Source: an uncultured Gemmatimonadales bacterium
Lineage (GTDB): Bacteria > Gemmatimonadota > Gemmatimonadetes > Gemmatimonadales > GWC2-71-9
DNA length: 64,000 bases
Assembly (NCBI GenBank): GCA_963826065.1
Contig: CAWGVP010000002.1
Location: 243,361 to 307,360, forward strand
Direction: 5' to 3'
Below the pieces are notes generated by a model, which saw only the letters and a program-made list of their open reading frames with translations, was not told the DNA's origin and did no database searches. Shown in pieces: positions 35,098 to 45,000 of this stretch (its first letter is position 1; the number at the start of each line of letters is the position of its first letter). The translations under genes and the position numbers were made by a program.

Positions 35098-36948
35098 ATG
35101 ACCGTCGGGATCGCGTACGTCGACGGTCCCCGGCTCGCGCGCTCGGTCTTCGCGGCCGCCGATTGGGTGGCCGCGGGGCGTGACGAGATCAACCGGATCA
35201 ACGTCTTTCCGGTGCCCGACGGTGACACCGGCACCAACTTCAGCCTGACCCTCCGCGCCGTCGCCGACGCCCTCCGGGCGCTCGGCGACGCGTCGCTTCC
35301 GGAGACCGGCCGCACCATGGCGCGCGCCGCCGTCCTCGGCGCCCGGGGCAACTCGGGAATGATGCTGGCCCACTTTCTTCTCGGATTCAGTGAAGCGCTG
35401 GGCGACCGGCCCACCGCCACGGCGCAGGACGTCGCCCTGGCGGTCCGTGCCGGCTCGGACCGGCTCTACACCTCGCTGGACGACCCTCGCGAGGGCACCA
35501 TCCTCACCGTCGCTCGCGAGGCGGCCGAGGCCGCCCAGCGCGCGGCGGCCGATTCGCCCGACATCGCCGACTTCATGCACCGGCTGCTGGAGGAAGGCGA
35601 AGCGGCGCTGGCGCGGACCCCGGAGCTGATGGCGGTGCTGCGCGAGGCCGGCGTGGTGGACGCGGGGGGCAAGGGATTCGTGCGGATGCTCGAGGGCGTG
35701 GTCCGGTACATCGAGGGCGATCCGATTCTCGCCATCGGTGACGGCGACCTCGGGCCGGCCGAGGTGCCGGCGGCGATGGTCGAGGTCGCGGCGGAGCGCG
35801 ATTTCCAGTTTTGCACCGAGGTGCTGGTCCGCGGCGAGCAGCTCCCGCCGGCCAACGAGGTCCGCTCGGCGATGCACACCTTCGGCGGGTCGGTCGTGGT
35901 CGCGGCCGCCGGCGACATCCTCAAGATCCATGTGCACACCGACAGCCCCGAGGCCGTCTTTACGTATGCGGCACGCTGGGGCAGGGTCGAGACCACCAAG
36001 GCCGACGACATGCGGGCTCAGCATCGCCGCCTCGCCCACGCCGAGCGCCGCGCGGTGGCGGTGGTGAGTGACTCCTCAGCCGATCTCGCCGATCCGGTGC
36101 TCGACCGGCATCACATCGCGCTGGTCCCGCTCCAGGTGGTGTTCGGGGACGAGACCTTCCGCGACCGGGTCGAGCTCAAGCCGGAGGAGTTCTACCGCCG
36201 GCTGCGCGCCGCCCGGGAGCTGCCGACCACGTCCCAGCCGACCCCGGCCGACTTCGTACGGGTGCTGCGCGACGCCCGTGCGGAAGCGGACGAGGTGGTG
36301 GCGGTGCTCCTCTCGTCGGTGCTGTCGGGGACTTTCGCGTCGGCGCAGGCGGCCGTGCGGGCGGCGGGGATCAGCGGCGTGCATCTGGTGGACAGCCGCT
36401 CCGCCTCGCTCGGGCTCGGGATGCTGGCGCTGAGAGGCGCCGAGCTGGCGGCCTCGGGCTCCCGCGGGGCCGACATCGCCCGCGAGCTGGAGCGGATCCG
36501 CGGGCAGGCCGGCATGCTGCTCACGGTGGACATCTACGACAACCTCCTGCGCTCCGGCCGGGTCTCCCGCGGCAAGGCCTGGATCGCCGGCATGCTGGAC
36601 GTGAAGCCGATCCTGTCACTGGACGCCTCGGGGCGAGTCATTCCGGTAGACCGGGTTCGCGGCAAGGACAACGTGGTGCCCCGGGTGCTGGCGCTGCTGG
36701 AGAAGCGCCTCACGCCGCGCCCCAGGGTGGTACGATTCGGGGTGGCCCATGCCGAGGCCCCGGAGGTGGCGGAACGGGTCCGAAACGCTCTCGTGGCGGC
36801 GTATCAGCCGAGGGAGTGCTTCGTCGCCCTGGCCACCGGTGTGCTGGCCACGCATGTGGGGCCCGGGGCCTGGGCCATCTTCTACCAGGTCGAGGACGGC
36901 CCCGCCGGCGGATCCGCCGCCGCCGTGGCCGAAGGGATCAGGGAATGA
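35098..36948 (+). CDS. DAK2 (FakA/YloV-like N-terminal) domain fused to a full DegV (FakB-like) fatty-acid-binding domain
   Basis: PDGDTGTNF, GARGNSG, EGTILTV, AGVVDAGGKGF (DAK2); then VAVVSDSSADL...TTSQPTPADF...LLSSVLSGTFASA...VDSRSASLGLG...LLRSGRVS...MLDVKPIL (DegV). Confidence 0.8.
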   Translation: MTVGIAYVDGPRLARSVFAAADWVAAGRDEINRINVFPVPDGDTGTNFSLTLRAVADALRALGDASLPETGRTMARAAVLGARGNSGMMLAHFLLGFSEALGDRPTATAQDVALAVRAGSDRLYTSLDDPREGTILTVAREAAEAAQRAAADSPDIADFMHRLLEEGEAALARTPELMAVLREAGVVDAGGKGFVRMLEGVVRYIEGDPILAIGDGDLGPAEVPAAMVEVAAERDFQFCTEVLVRGEQLPPANEVRSAMHTFGGSVVVAAAGDILKIHVHTDSPEAVFTYAARWGRVETTKADDMRAQHRRLAHAERRAVAVVSDSSADLADPVLDRHHIALVPLQVVFGDETFRDRVELKPEEFYRRLRAARELPTTSQPTPADFVRVLRDARAEADEVVAVLLSSVLSGTFASAQAAVRAAGISGVHLVDSRSASLGLGMLALRGAELAASGSRGADIARELERIRGQAGMLLTVDIYDNLLRSGRVSRGKAWIAGMLDVKPILSLDASGRVIPVDRVRGKDNVVPRVLALLEKRLTPRPRVVRFGVAHAEAPEVAERVRNALVAAYQPRECFVALATGVLATHVGPGAWAIFYQVEDGPAGGSAAAVAEGIRE

Positions 36949-37298
36949 CGCATACACCAGAGGCGCTTCGTCTCGCACTGAACGCCATACAGGATCTGAA
37001 GGCGAACGAGCTCGTGGTACTCGATTTGCGGGGGCTCACTGATGCCACCGACTATTTCGTGATCGCATCGGGCACATCCGACGCCCACGTCCGCGGCATC
37101 GCCGAGTCGGTCATCGAGAAGCTCGGCCGTCGGGGACACCGGACCCACCATGTCGAAGGCCTCAACGGCGGCCGGTGGGTACTGCTCGATTTCGTGGACT
37201 TCGTGATCCACCTCTTCCATCCCGAGACGCGCTCGTTCTACCAGCTCGAGCGGCTCTGGGACGATGCCCCGGAGCTGTTGATCAGCTCCACCAGCTGA
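36945..37298 (+). CDS. rsfS: ribosome silencing factor RsfS
   Basis: VVLDLRGLTDATDYFVIASGTSDAHVRGIA...WVLLDFVDFVIHLF; ATGA overlap upstream. Confidence 0.9.
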   Translation: MTHTPEALRLALNAIQDLKANELVVLDLRGLTDATDYFVIASGTSDAHVRGIAESVIEKLGRRGHRTHHVEGLNGGRWVLLDFVDFVIHLFHPETRSFYQLERLWDDAPELLISSTS

Positions 37299-37305
37299 GG
37301 TCGCC

Positions 37306-40300
37306 ATGTTTCGACGCACCGCTCCGGCGCTGTTCTTCCTGCTCCTTGGCCTCCCGGGCCTGCTCTCGGCCCAGTATTTCGGCCGAAACAAGGTCCAGTA
37401 CAACAACTTCGATTTCAAGGTCATCCAGACCGAGCATTTCGACGTGTACTTCTACGAGCGGGAGCGGGTCGCCGCGATGGACGCGGCCCGGATGGCGGAG
37501 CGCTCCTACGCCCGGCTCTCGAAGGTGTTGAACCACGAGTTCCGCGAGCGCAAGCCGATCATCCTCTACGCGTCGCATTCGGACTTCATGCAGACCAACG
37601 CCACCTATGTGGGCGGCGAAGGCACCGGCGGCGTCACCGACTTCGCCCGGAACCGGGCGGTCATGCCCTTCACCGGCTCGTACTCGGACTTCGAGCACGT
37701 GCTGATGCACGAGATGGTTCACCAGTTCCAGTACGACGTCTGGTCGCGGGGCCGGGCGGGCGCGGGGTTCGCCACGCTGGTGGCGATCGCGCCGCCACTC
37801 TGGTTCGCCGAAGGCATGGCCGAGTACCTGTCCACCGGCCCGATCAACGCGGAGACCGCCATGTGGCTCCGCGACGCGTCGCTCGAGGGCAAGCTGCCCA
37901 CCATCGACCAGATGACGGTCGATCCCTACGAGTTCTTCCCCTACCGCTTCGGCCACGCCCTGTGGTCGTACGTGGCCGAGCGCTGGGGCGATGAAGCCGT
38001 GGGGGCGATCCTGAAGGCCACGCTCGCCGGCGGCGTCGAGCCCGCCTTCCGACGCACCATCGGCCTGACCATCGACCAGCTCTCCGAGCAGTGGCGCGAC
38101 GCGGTACAGAAGCGGTACCTGCCTGAGATCGGCGCCCGGGCCCGGGCCCGGGCGGTCGCCGACGAGCTGCTGACCGAGAAGCGCTCGGACGGCACCTTGC
38201 ACCTGGCCCCCGCCCTGTCGCCCGACGGCTCCCAGGTGGCCTACTTCAGCGAGAAGGACTTCTACTCGGTGGACATGTACCTCGCCGACGGCGTCACCGG
38301 CGAGGTCAAGCGGCGGATTCTCAAGTCCGGCATCAGCAGCAACTACGAGACGTACCGGTTCATCAACTCGCAGGCGAACTGGTCGCCGGACGGAAAGTAT
38401 CTCGCTTTCGCGGCCAAACGAGGTCCGCGCGACGACATCCTCATCGTGGACGTCGAGCGCAACAAGGAGGTCAAGCGGATCCAGGTGAAGCTGAGCGGCG
38501 TCACCACGCCTTCCTGGAGCCCCGACGGCAACCAGATCGTCTTCACCGGGTACGAAGGCGGACTCAGCGACCTGTACGTCGTGAACCGGGACGGGAGCGG
38601 CCTGCGCCAGCTCACCAAGGACAAGTACGCCGACCTGCATCCGGTCTGGTCGCCCGACGGCAAGACCATCGCCTTCGCGACCGACCGCGGCCCGGGAACC
38701 GATTTCCGCACCCTGGCCTTCGGCAACTTCCGCATCGCGGTATACGAGCTGGCCACCGGCTCGGTCAGGGTGCTCGACCGGATGGAGAACGGGAAGAACG
38801 TGAGCCCGCAGTGGAGCCCCGACGGGCGCTCCCTGGCGTTTGTATCCGACCGGAACGGGGTGAGCAACATCTTCCTGTACGATCTCGAGGGGAACGAGGT
38901 CTACCAGCTCACCGAGTTCTACACCGGCGCCCAGGGCATTACGCCGCTCTCGCCGGTGATCTCCTGGGCCAGCGGCGCCGACCGGCTCGCCTTCGTGTAT
39001 TTCGAGGCCAGCCAGTACGACGTCTACAGCATCACCGATCCCCGCGCGCTGAAGCGCCAGCCCTATCGCGAGCTGGTGCAGGACAGCGTCGGCATCCTGG
39101 CCCGCGCGGTGACGCCGCCACTCGACACTGCGCGCTCGCTCCAGGTCAAGGAGGAGGTGCGGCCGCAGGTCGGCGAGGGCGGCTCGATCTACCGCACGCC
39201 GTCGGGCTTCCGGTCGTCCAACGAGGTGGTCCGCTCGGGTGATACCACCCGCCCCGTGGAACCGGTCTCCATCGTCGCGCTGCTCGACTCGGCGGACTAC
39301 AGCCTGCCGGATACCAGCGAGTTCACGCTCAAAGAGTACCGGACCAAGTTCACGCCGGACTACGTGGCGCGGCCCTCGATCGGCTACGCCCGCGACAACT
39401 TCGGCCGGGGCTTCTTCGGAGGCTCGGCCATCTCGCTGAGCGACATCCTGGGTAACCAGCAGCTGATCTTTGCCGGCTACGTCAACGGGCGGATCAGCGA
39501 GGCCCAGATCCTGGCGGCGTACGCCAACCTGAGCCGACGAATCAACTGGGCGGTGGGGCTATCCCAGGATCCGTATTACTTCCTGGAGCCGAGCCAGATC
39601 CTGCCGGGGCGGAACCCGTCGGAGAACGTTTTCGTCACCAGGATCCGTCGCCTGGTGGTGCGCTCGGCCTTCGGGTCCGCCTACTATCCGCTCAGCCGCT
39701 TCCAGCGGATCGAGGCGGGGATGCGCTTCGCGAACGTGGACGATGCGATCCTCAACATCAACGAGCCCTACAACCCGGCCACCGGCTTCGCAACCGACGA
39801 CCCGTTTCTGGAGACCGAGAATCTTCCGGGCGTCACCTACGCCCAGCCGTCCGCGGCGCTGGTGTTCGACAACTCGCTGTTCGGATACGTCGGCCCGTTC
39901 TACGGCCAGCGCTATCGGTTCGAGCTGGCGCGAACGGTGGGTGACTGGAGCTTCTCACAGGTCACCGCCGACTACCGGCGCTACGACCGGATCATCGGCC
40001 CCATCGTGTTCGCCAGCCGGCTGCTCTACTTCGGTCGGATCGGACGCGACGCGCGCGAATTCCGGATCTACGCCGGAAGCACCGACCTCATCCGCGGCAA
40101 CACGTCCGGGTCCTACCGCCGGAACGAGTGCCTCAACGCCGACGATCCTGGCGCGGAGACTGGCTGCGCGGAGCTGGACCGACTCGTCGGCACCCAGATC
40201 GGCGTGGCCACGGCCGAGCTTCGCTTCCCTATTCTCAACCCGTCCTTCGGGGTGCCGGCCGCCTTCCCGCCCATCGAAGGCGCGCTGTTCTACGACATCG

Positions 40301-40509
40301 GCCTCGCCTGGGACAACAACAGCACCCTGAAATGGGAGCGCCGCGCGGGCGACGATCCGGTCCGGGTGCGCACCCCGCTTCGCACCTTCGGCGTGTCGGT
40401 GCGAGCCAACCTGTTCGGCTTCGCGATCGCGCGGCTCGACTATTCGATTCCGCAGGATCGGCCGCGGGTGAAGGGTTTGTGGACGTTCAGCCTGGGGCCG
40501 ACGTTCTAG
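37306..40509 (+). CDS. outer-membrane fusion protein: HExxH zincin-like domain + PD40/TolB-like beta-propeller repeats + Omp85-type C-terminal barrel
   Basis: Signal peptide ...GLLSAQ; HEMVH at 37708-37722; five x-SPDG-x repeats (LSPDGSQVAYFS, WSPDGKYLAFAA, WSPDGNQIVFTG, WSPDGKTIAFAT, WSPDGRSLAFVS); beta-rich C-terminus ending ...LWTFSLGPTF (terminal Phe). Confidence 0.75.
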   Translation: MFRRTAPALFFLLLGLPGLLSAQYFGRNKVQYNNFDFKVIQTEHFDVYFYERERVAAMDAARMAERSYARLSKVLNHEFRERKPIILYASHSDFMQTNATYVGGEGTGGVTDFARNRAVMPFTGSYSDFEHVLMHEMVHQFQYDVWSRGRAGAGFATLVAIAPPLWFAEGMAEYLSTGPINAETAMWLRDASLEGKLPTIDQMTVDPYEFFPYRFGHALWSYVAERWGDEAVGAILKATLAGGVEPAFRRTIGLTIDQLSEQWRDAVQKRYLPEIGARARARAVADELLTEKRSDGTLHLAPALSPDGSQVAYFSEKDFYSVDMYLADGVTGEVKRRILKSGISSNYETYRFINSQANWSPDGKYLAFAAKRGPRDDILIVDVERNKEVKRIQVKLSGVTTPSWSPDGNQIVFTGYEGGLSDLYVVNRDGSGLRQLTKDKYADLHPVWSPDGKTIAFATDRGPGTDFRTLAFGNFRIAVYELATGSVRVLDRMENGKNVSPQWSPDGRSLAFVSDRNGVSNIFLYDLEGNEVYQLTEFYTGAQGITPLSPVISWASGADRLAFVYFEASQYDVYSITDPRALKRQPYRELVQDSVGILARAVTPPLDTARSLQVKEEVRPQVGEGGSIYRTPSGFRSSNEVVRSGDTTRPVEPVSIVALLDSADYSLPDTSEFTLKEYRTKFTPDYVARPSIGYARDNFGRGFFGGSAISLSDILGNQQLIFAGYVNGRISEAQILAAYANLSRRINWAVGLSQDPYYFLEPSQILPGRNPSENVFVTRIRRLVVRSAFGSAYYPLSRFQRIEAGMRFANVDDAILNINEPYNPATGFATDDPFLETENLPGVTYAQPSAALVFDNSLFGYVGPFYGQRYRFELARTVGDWSFSQVTADYRRYDRIIGPIVFASRLLYFGRIGRDAREFRIYAGSTDLIRGNTSGSYRRNECLNADDPGAETGCAELDRLVGTQIGVATAELRFPILNPSFGVPAAFPPIEGALFYDIGLAWDNNSTLKWERRAGDDPVRVRTPLRTFGVSVRANLFGFAIARLDYSIPQDRPRVKGLWTFSLGPTF

Positions 40510-40524
40510 GACCGCGACGGATGT

Positions 40525-40590
40525 GTCATCCTGAGCGCAGCGAAGGAGCCATGTGTGGGGTCGTGGCTCCTTCGCTTCGCTCAGGATGAC
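40525..40590. repeat. REP-like long hairpin (26-nt arms GTCATCCTGAGCGCAGCGAAGGAGCC / GGCTCCTTCGCTTCGCTCAGGATGAC)
   Basis: Arms 40525-40550 and 40565-40590, 25/26 complementary; starts 16 nt after the stop at 40509. Confidence 0.85.
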
Positions 40591-40599
40591 ACGTCCGCG

Positions 40600-40618
40600 C
40601 CCCGCTGCCCCGCTGCCC
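40600..40618. repeat. (CCCCGCTG)n micro-array
   Basis: CCCCGCTGCCCCGCTGCCC, directly after the REP hairpin. Confidence 0.7.
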
Positions 40619-40641
40619 TTGTGCCCACTATCTTTCCTGCC

Positions 40642-42045
40642 GTGAATCTCACCCATGCCATCACCGCCGGACTCGCCTTCGCATTGGCGGGCTGTGGCGG
40701 CGAGCCGGATCTGGCGGCCGGGAACCTCCCGGCGGTCGGACGGGGCCTCGCGCTCACCACGGCGCTGCGCATCCCCCTCGAGGGAGGCACGCCACGGCTC
40801 TACCGCGTGCCCAGCCTCGAGCCCTCGGCATGGAAGCTGGAGGACAAGCTGCCGCCGCTGCAGCAGACCGTCGGTGCCGATCCGGAGCAGGGGTTCGTGT
40901 TCCTGCTCGACAAGAAACGGAACGTGATCGCGCTCGACCTCGAGACCCGGCGCCTGCGTCCGTCACTGGATCAGGTGCGGCACACCGCGGTCGGCCCGGA
41001 TGGCGCCCTCTACGCCGTGGATACCGGCAAGACCGTTACCCAGATCGTGCGACGCACACCGGTCCGCTTCCGCTCCAAGCTCCAGGGCACGCCCAGCGAG
41101 CTGCACGGCACCATGGGCGGGATGCTGGTCGCGAGCCTGGAGGGGGACAAGCCTCGGCTGGAGGTCCTGGGTTCGGACCGGCCGCCCTCGTCATTCGACG
41201 TGCCGAAGGGCCGCCAGGCGCTGAGCCTGTGGGGCGATCTCGTCGCCATCGCGGCCGACAGCGCGGTCGTGATCTACGAGACCGAGGGGGATAGCGACGG
41301 CGACCGGGACCGCATCGCGATTCCAGTCTCCGGCGGCGCGACCGCGGTCATGTTCTCTCCCTCCGGCCACCGGATCTACGTGGCCCGCGCCTCGGACGGC
41401 CTGCTCATCCTCGATCGAGTGAGCGGCGAGCCGCTGGGCGAGATCGAGCTGCCGGGGCCCGCGGTCGGGCTCGACGGAGACATCTTCGGCGGGTGGGTGA
41501 TCGTGCGGCCGGCCGCGGGAGACTCGGCCTGGGTGGTGGATGTCGGCAAGGGAGCCTACGTGGGCAGCGTGGCCGTGGAATGGGACGACGACCTCCCGGC
41601 TGTGGTCTCTCCCAACACCCTCCTGACCCGCCGCGGCAAGGATGTCGTGGCCGTGGATCTCGGCGCCAAGGAGTTTCCGGTTCGTGCCAGGGTGGAGGGC
41701 GGTGCCGCCGACACCTGGCTGCCGCTCACCTGGCACCCGTCGCAGGAAGAAGGCGTGCCGGTCAATGCCGATTCCGCCGCCCTCGCCGCCGCCGCCGACT
41801 CCGCCAAGGCGGCATCGGTGTATCTCCAGGTGAGCAGCTCGCAGAACCCCGTTTGGGCGCAAGAACTGTCGCAGAAGTTGCGGGCGGCCGGTCTGCCCGC
41901 AGCGGTCCTCAAGCCGGCGCGCAGCGATGAAGCGTTCCGCGTCGTGCTCGGACCCTACGCCACCCGGGAGCAGGCGGAAGAAACCGGGCGCGGAATCGGA
42001 ATGCCGTCTTTCGTGGTGACGACGCAGGAACCCCCTTCCCCATAG
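40642..42045 (+). CDS. lipoprotein with C-terminal SPOR (peptidoglycan-binding) domain
   Basis: GTG 40642 gives (M)NLTHAITAGLAFALAGCGG lipobox, and the longer ORF start lies in repeats; C-term VYLQVSSSQNPVWAQELSQKLRAAGLPAAVL...FRVVLGPYATREQAEE. Confidence 0.7.
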   Translation: MNLTHAITAGLAFALAGCGGEPDLAAGNLPAVGRGLALTTALRIPLEGGTPRLYRVPSLEPSAWKLEDKLPPLQQTVGADPEQGFVFLLDKKRNVIALDLETRRLRPSLDQVRHTAVGPDGALYAVDTGKTVTQIVRRTPVRFRSKLQGTPSELHGTMGGMLVASLEGDKPRLEVLGSDRPPSSFDVPKGRQALSLWGDLVAIAADSAVVIYETEGDSDGDRDRIAIPVSGGATAVMFSPSGHRIYVARASDGLLILDRVSGEPLGEIELPGPAVGLDGDIFGGWVIVRPAAGDSAWVVDVGKGAYVGSVAVEWDDDLPAVVSPNTLLTRRGKDVVAVDLGAKEFPVRARVEGGAADTWLPLTWHPSQEEGVPVNADSAALAAAADSAKAASVYLQVSSSQNPVWAQELSQKLRAAGLPAAVLKPARSDEAFRVVLGPYATREQAEETGRGIGMPSFVVTTQEPPSP

Positions 42046-42058
42046 GCTTCGAGGCCCC

Positions 42059-45000
42059 ATGAAGCTCACCAAGCTGGAGCTCTCCGGGTTCAAGTCCTTC
42101 GCCGACACGGTCACCCTCACTTTCGAGGAGGGCGTCACCGCCATCGTGGGCCCCAACGGCTGCGGCAAGTCCAACGTATCGGACGCCGTCCGCTGGGTCC
42201 TCGGCGAGCAGTCGGCGCGCCTCCTCCGCGGCGGAAAGATGGAGGACGTGATCTTTCAGGGCTCGGCGGCGCGTCGGCCGGTGAACGTCACCGAGGTTTC
42301 CCTCTTCCTCGACAACAGCGACGGCGAGCTTCCCATCGCCTACCGCGAAGTCGTGGTGACCCGGCGTCTCTCCCGCTCCGGCCAGAGCGATTACCTGCTC
42401 AACGGCTCGCCGGTCCGGCTGCGCGACATCCAGGACCTGCTCCGCGGTACCGGGCTCGGCAGCGACGCCGGTGTGGTGATCGAAGCGAAGATGATCGACC
42501 TGCTGCTCTCGGACCGGGCCGACGAGCGCCGCTCGCTCTTCGAGGAGGCGGCGGGGATCGGACTGTACCGCGATCGGAAGCACAGCACCGAGCGGCGGCT
42601 GGAGGAGACGGCGGTGGATCTCCAGCGGGTGGAAGACCTCATCGCGGAAGTGCAGTCCCAGATCCGGAGCCTCGCGCGCCAGCGCGGCAAAGCGGAGCGT
42701 CACGCCAAGCTCACCGAGGAGCGGTTCGCGGTGCAGATCACGCTCGCCCGCAGGCTGCTGGAGCGCCTCGGCCATGACGTGGCCGGCATGGAAGCGCGCT
42801 TCGCGGAGCTGAGCGAGATGCTCCCCGCGGCGCGCAACCGGGTAGGCGACGCCGAGCACCGGCGCGAGGAGGTCTCCCGCTCGCGCTCCGCGGCGGAAGG
42901 GCAACGGGCCGACATCGCCGCGCGCCTTGCCGGCGTGCGGGTCGAGCTCGGCAAGCTGGACGGCGACCTCGCGCTGGCGGCCGAGCGACTGGCCAATACC
43001 CAATCCCGCCGGGCGCGGGCGGAGGAGGAGCGGGCGCAGGCGCAGGCACGCGCGCAACAGGCCGTCGCCGAGCAGGAGGGGGCCACTGCCGACCGCGGAG
43101 CGGCCGGCGGCGAGCACGAGCGGATCAGGGCGGAGCTGGCGCAACGCGCGAGCGCGGAGGAAGAGGTGCGGCGCCGGCTCAGCGAGCAGCGAGCCGAGGT
43201 GCGGCTCCGGGAGCAGGAGCTCCATCAGCAGGCGCAGACCCTCCGTTCGCTGGAAGGCGAGCGGGCCGCGCTGGAAGGCGAGCTCGTCTCCCTCCGGGAG
43301 CGCGTCACCCAGGCCGCGTCCCACCGGGCGGCACTCCAGATCGAGCTCGCCAACGCCGAGCGCCAGCGGGACCACGCCATCGAGCACGCCGGGTTCATGA
43401 GCCACGAGGCGAAGCGTGCGGCCGCCGGAGCCGAGCACGCGCGCCACCGGGTGGCGGAGGCGCGCGAGCGGGAGGCCATGCACCGCGCCGACCGCCGCCA
43501 GGCGGAGGAATCCCTGGCGCAGATGACCGCGCGCCGGAACGCGCTGGAGGAGCTGGAGCGGGACCGGGTCGGCCTCGCGCCTGCCGCGGCCGCGCTCATG
43601 GCCGCTCGCGACCGGTTCGACGGCGGCGTGCTGGGCCCGCTCAGCGACTACGTCCACATCGGCCGGGAGGACGCCGAGCTGGCGGAGCGGCTGCTGGGTG
43701 ACTGGATGCATGCGGTGCTGGTGCGCGACGGCGCGACCGTCCGGGCGGTGCAGGAGTGGCATGCCGCGAACCAGCCCGGCGCGCTGGTCCTTCTGCCGCT
43801 GGATCCCGGACCCCAGAGCACCGGCGACGCGCTTCCCCTGGACGACCGGCTGAGGGCCGAAGGACCCGGTGCCGACTGGGTGCGTGCGGCATTGGCCGGC
43901 TCCGAGGTGCTGGATCCATCCGGCCGCGTGCTGCGCCGGGCGAGCGGCGCGATCTTCCTGAGCGGCGGCGCGGCTCCGTCGGGCCCGCTTCGCCGCCGCG
44001 CCGAGATCGCTACGCTGGCGCAGGACGTCGAGCGCGCGGGCGGCACGGTGGCGGCCGCCGTCGCAGCGCTGGAGGAGACCATCGCCGGTCTCGCCGAACG
44101 GGAGCGTGCCCTCGCGGACGCGATGTCAGCCGGGGAGCAGGCTCGCGAAGCCGAGCGCCTGGCAGTCGCCAGCCGCGAAGATCTCGTCCGCCTGGCCGGC
44201 AACCTCACTCGGGAGTCCGCAGACTCGGAATCGCAGCTCGCCCGGCTCACCGAGCGGCTCTCGCTCTCCGAGCGGCGGATGACCGAGATCGACCACGCCC
44301 TGGTCGAGGGTGATCTGGCCCGCGGGCGGCTCGATCAGGATCTCGGCTCCAGCCGAGCGCTGCTGGCGGAGCTGGAGAGCGAGCAGGAGGCCGCCCGGGA
44401 ACAGCGGGTGCATTGGCAGGTGCAGGAGGCGCACGTCGCCGGCGGCCTGCGTTCGGCCGAGGAGCGGCTGGCCCGGGCGGCTTCGATGCGCGCCGAGGCG
44501 GAGGCCGCGGGAGAGTCGCTCGCGGGCGAGCTGGCCCGCCTCGATGCCGATGAGGCAGTACTCCTCCGGCAGCAAGGCGAGTGGCGTGAAGCTCGCGCCG
44601 AGCGCGAGGTCGCGCTCCATCAGCTCGAGCGGGCCAGCCTCGAGGCCGAGGCGGCGCTGGCGCATGCCGAATCGGCACTGGCGGACGCAGAGCGGGAAGT
44701 CGTCGGGTCACGGACGGCGCTGGAGTCGGGCAACGAGGAGAGCCACGGTCTCCAGGTCCGCCTCACCGAGGCGGCGGGCACCCGGCGCAGCATCGTGGAG
44801 CGGGTCGAAGCCGAGTGGCACCGACCTTTCGATCAGCTCATGGAAGGCGCCCCCCTGCTCGACCTCGACCTCGAGACGCTCCAGGCGGAGTCGTCCCGCA
44901 TCACCGAAGGGCTGGAGGCGATCGGGCCGGTGAACGCTCTCGCCGTCGAGGAGCACGCCGAAGAGGTGAAGCGCCTCCAGTTCCTCACCGCCCAGCGCGA

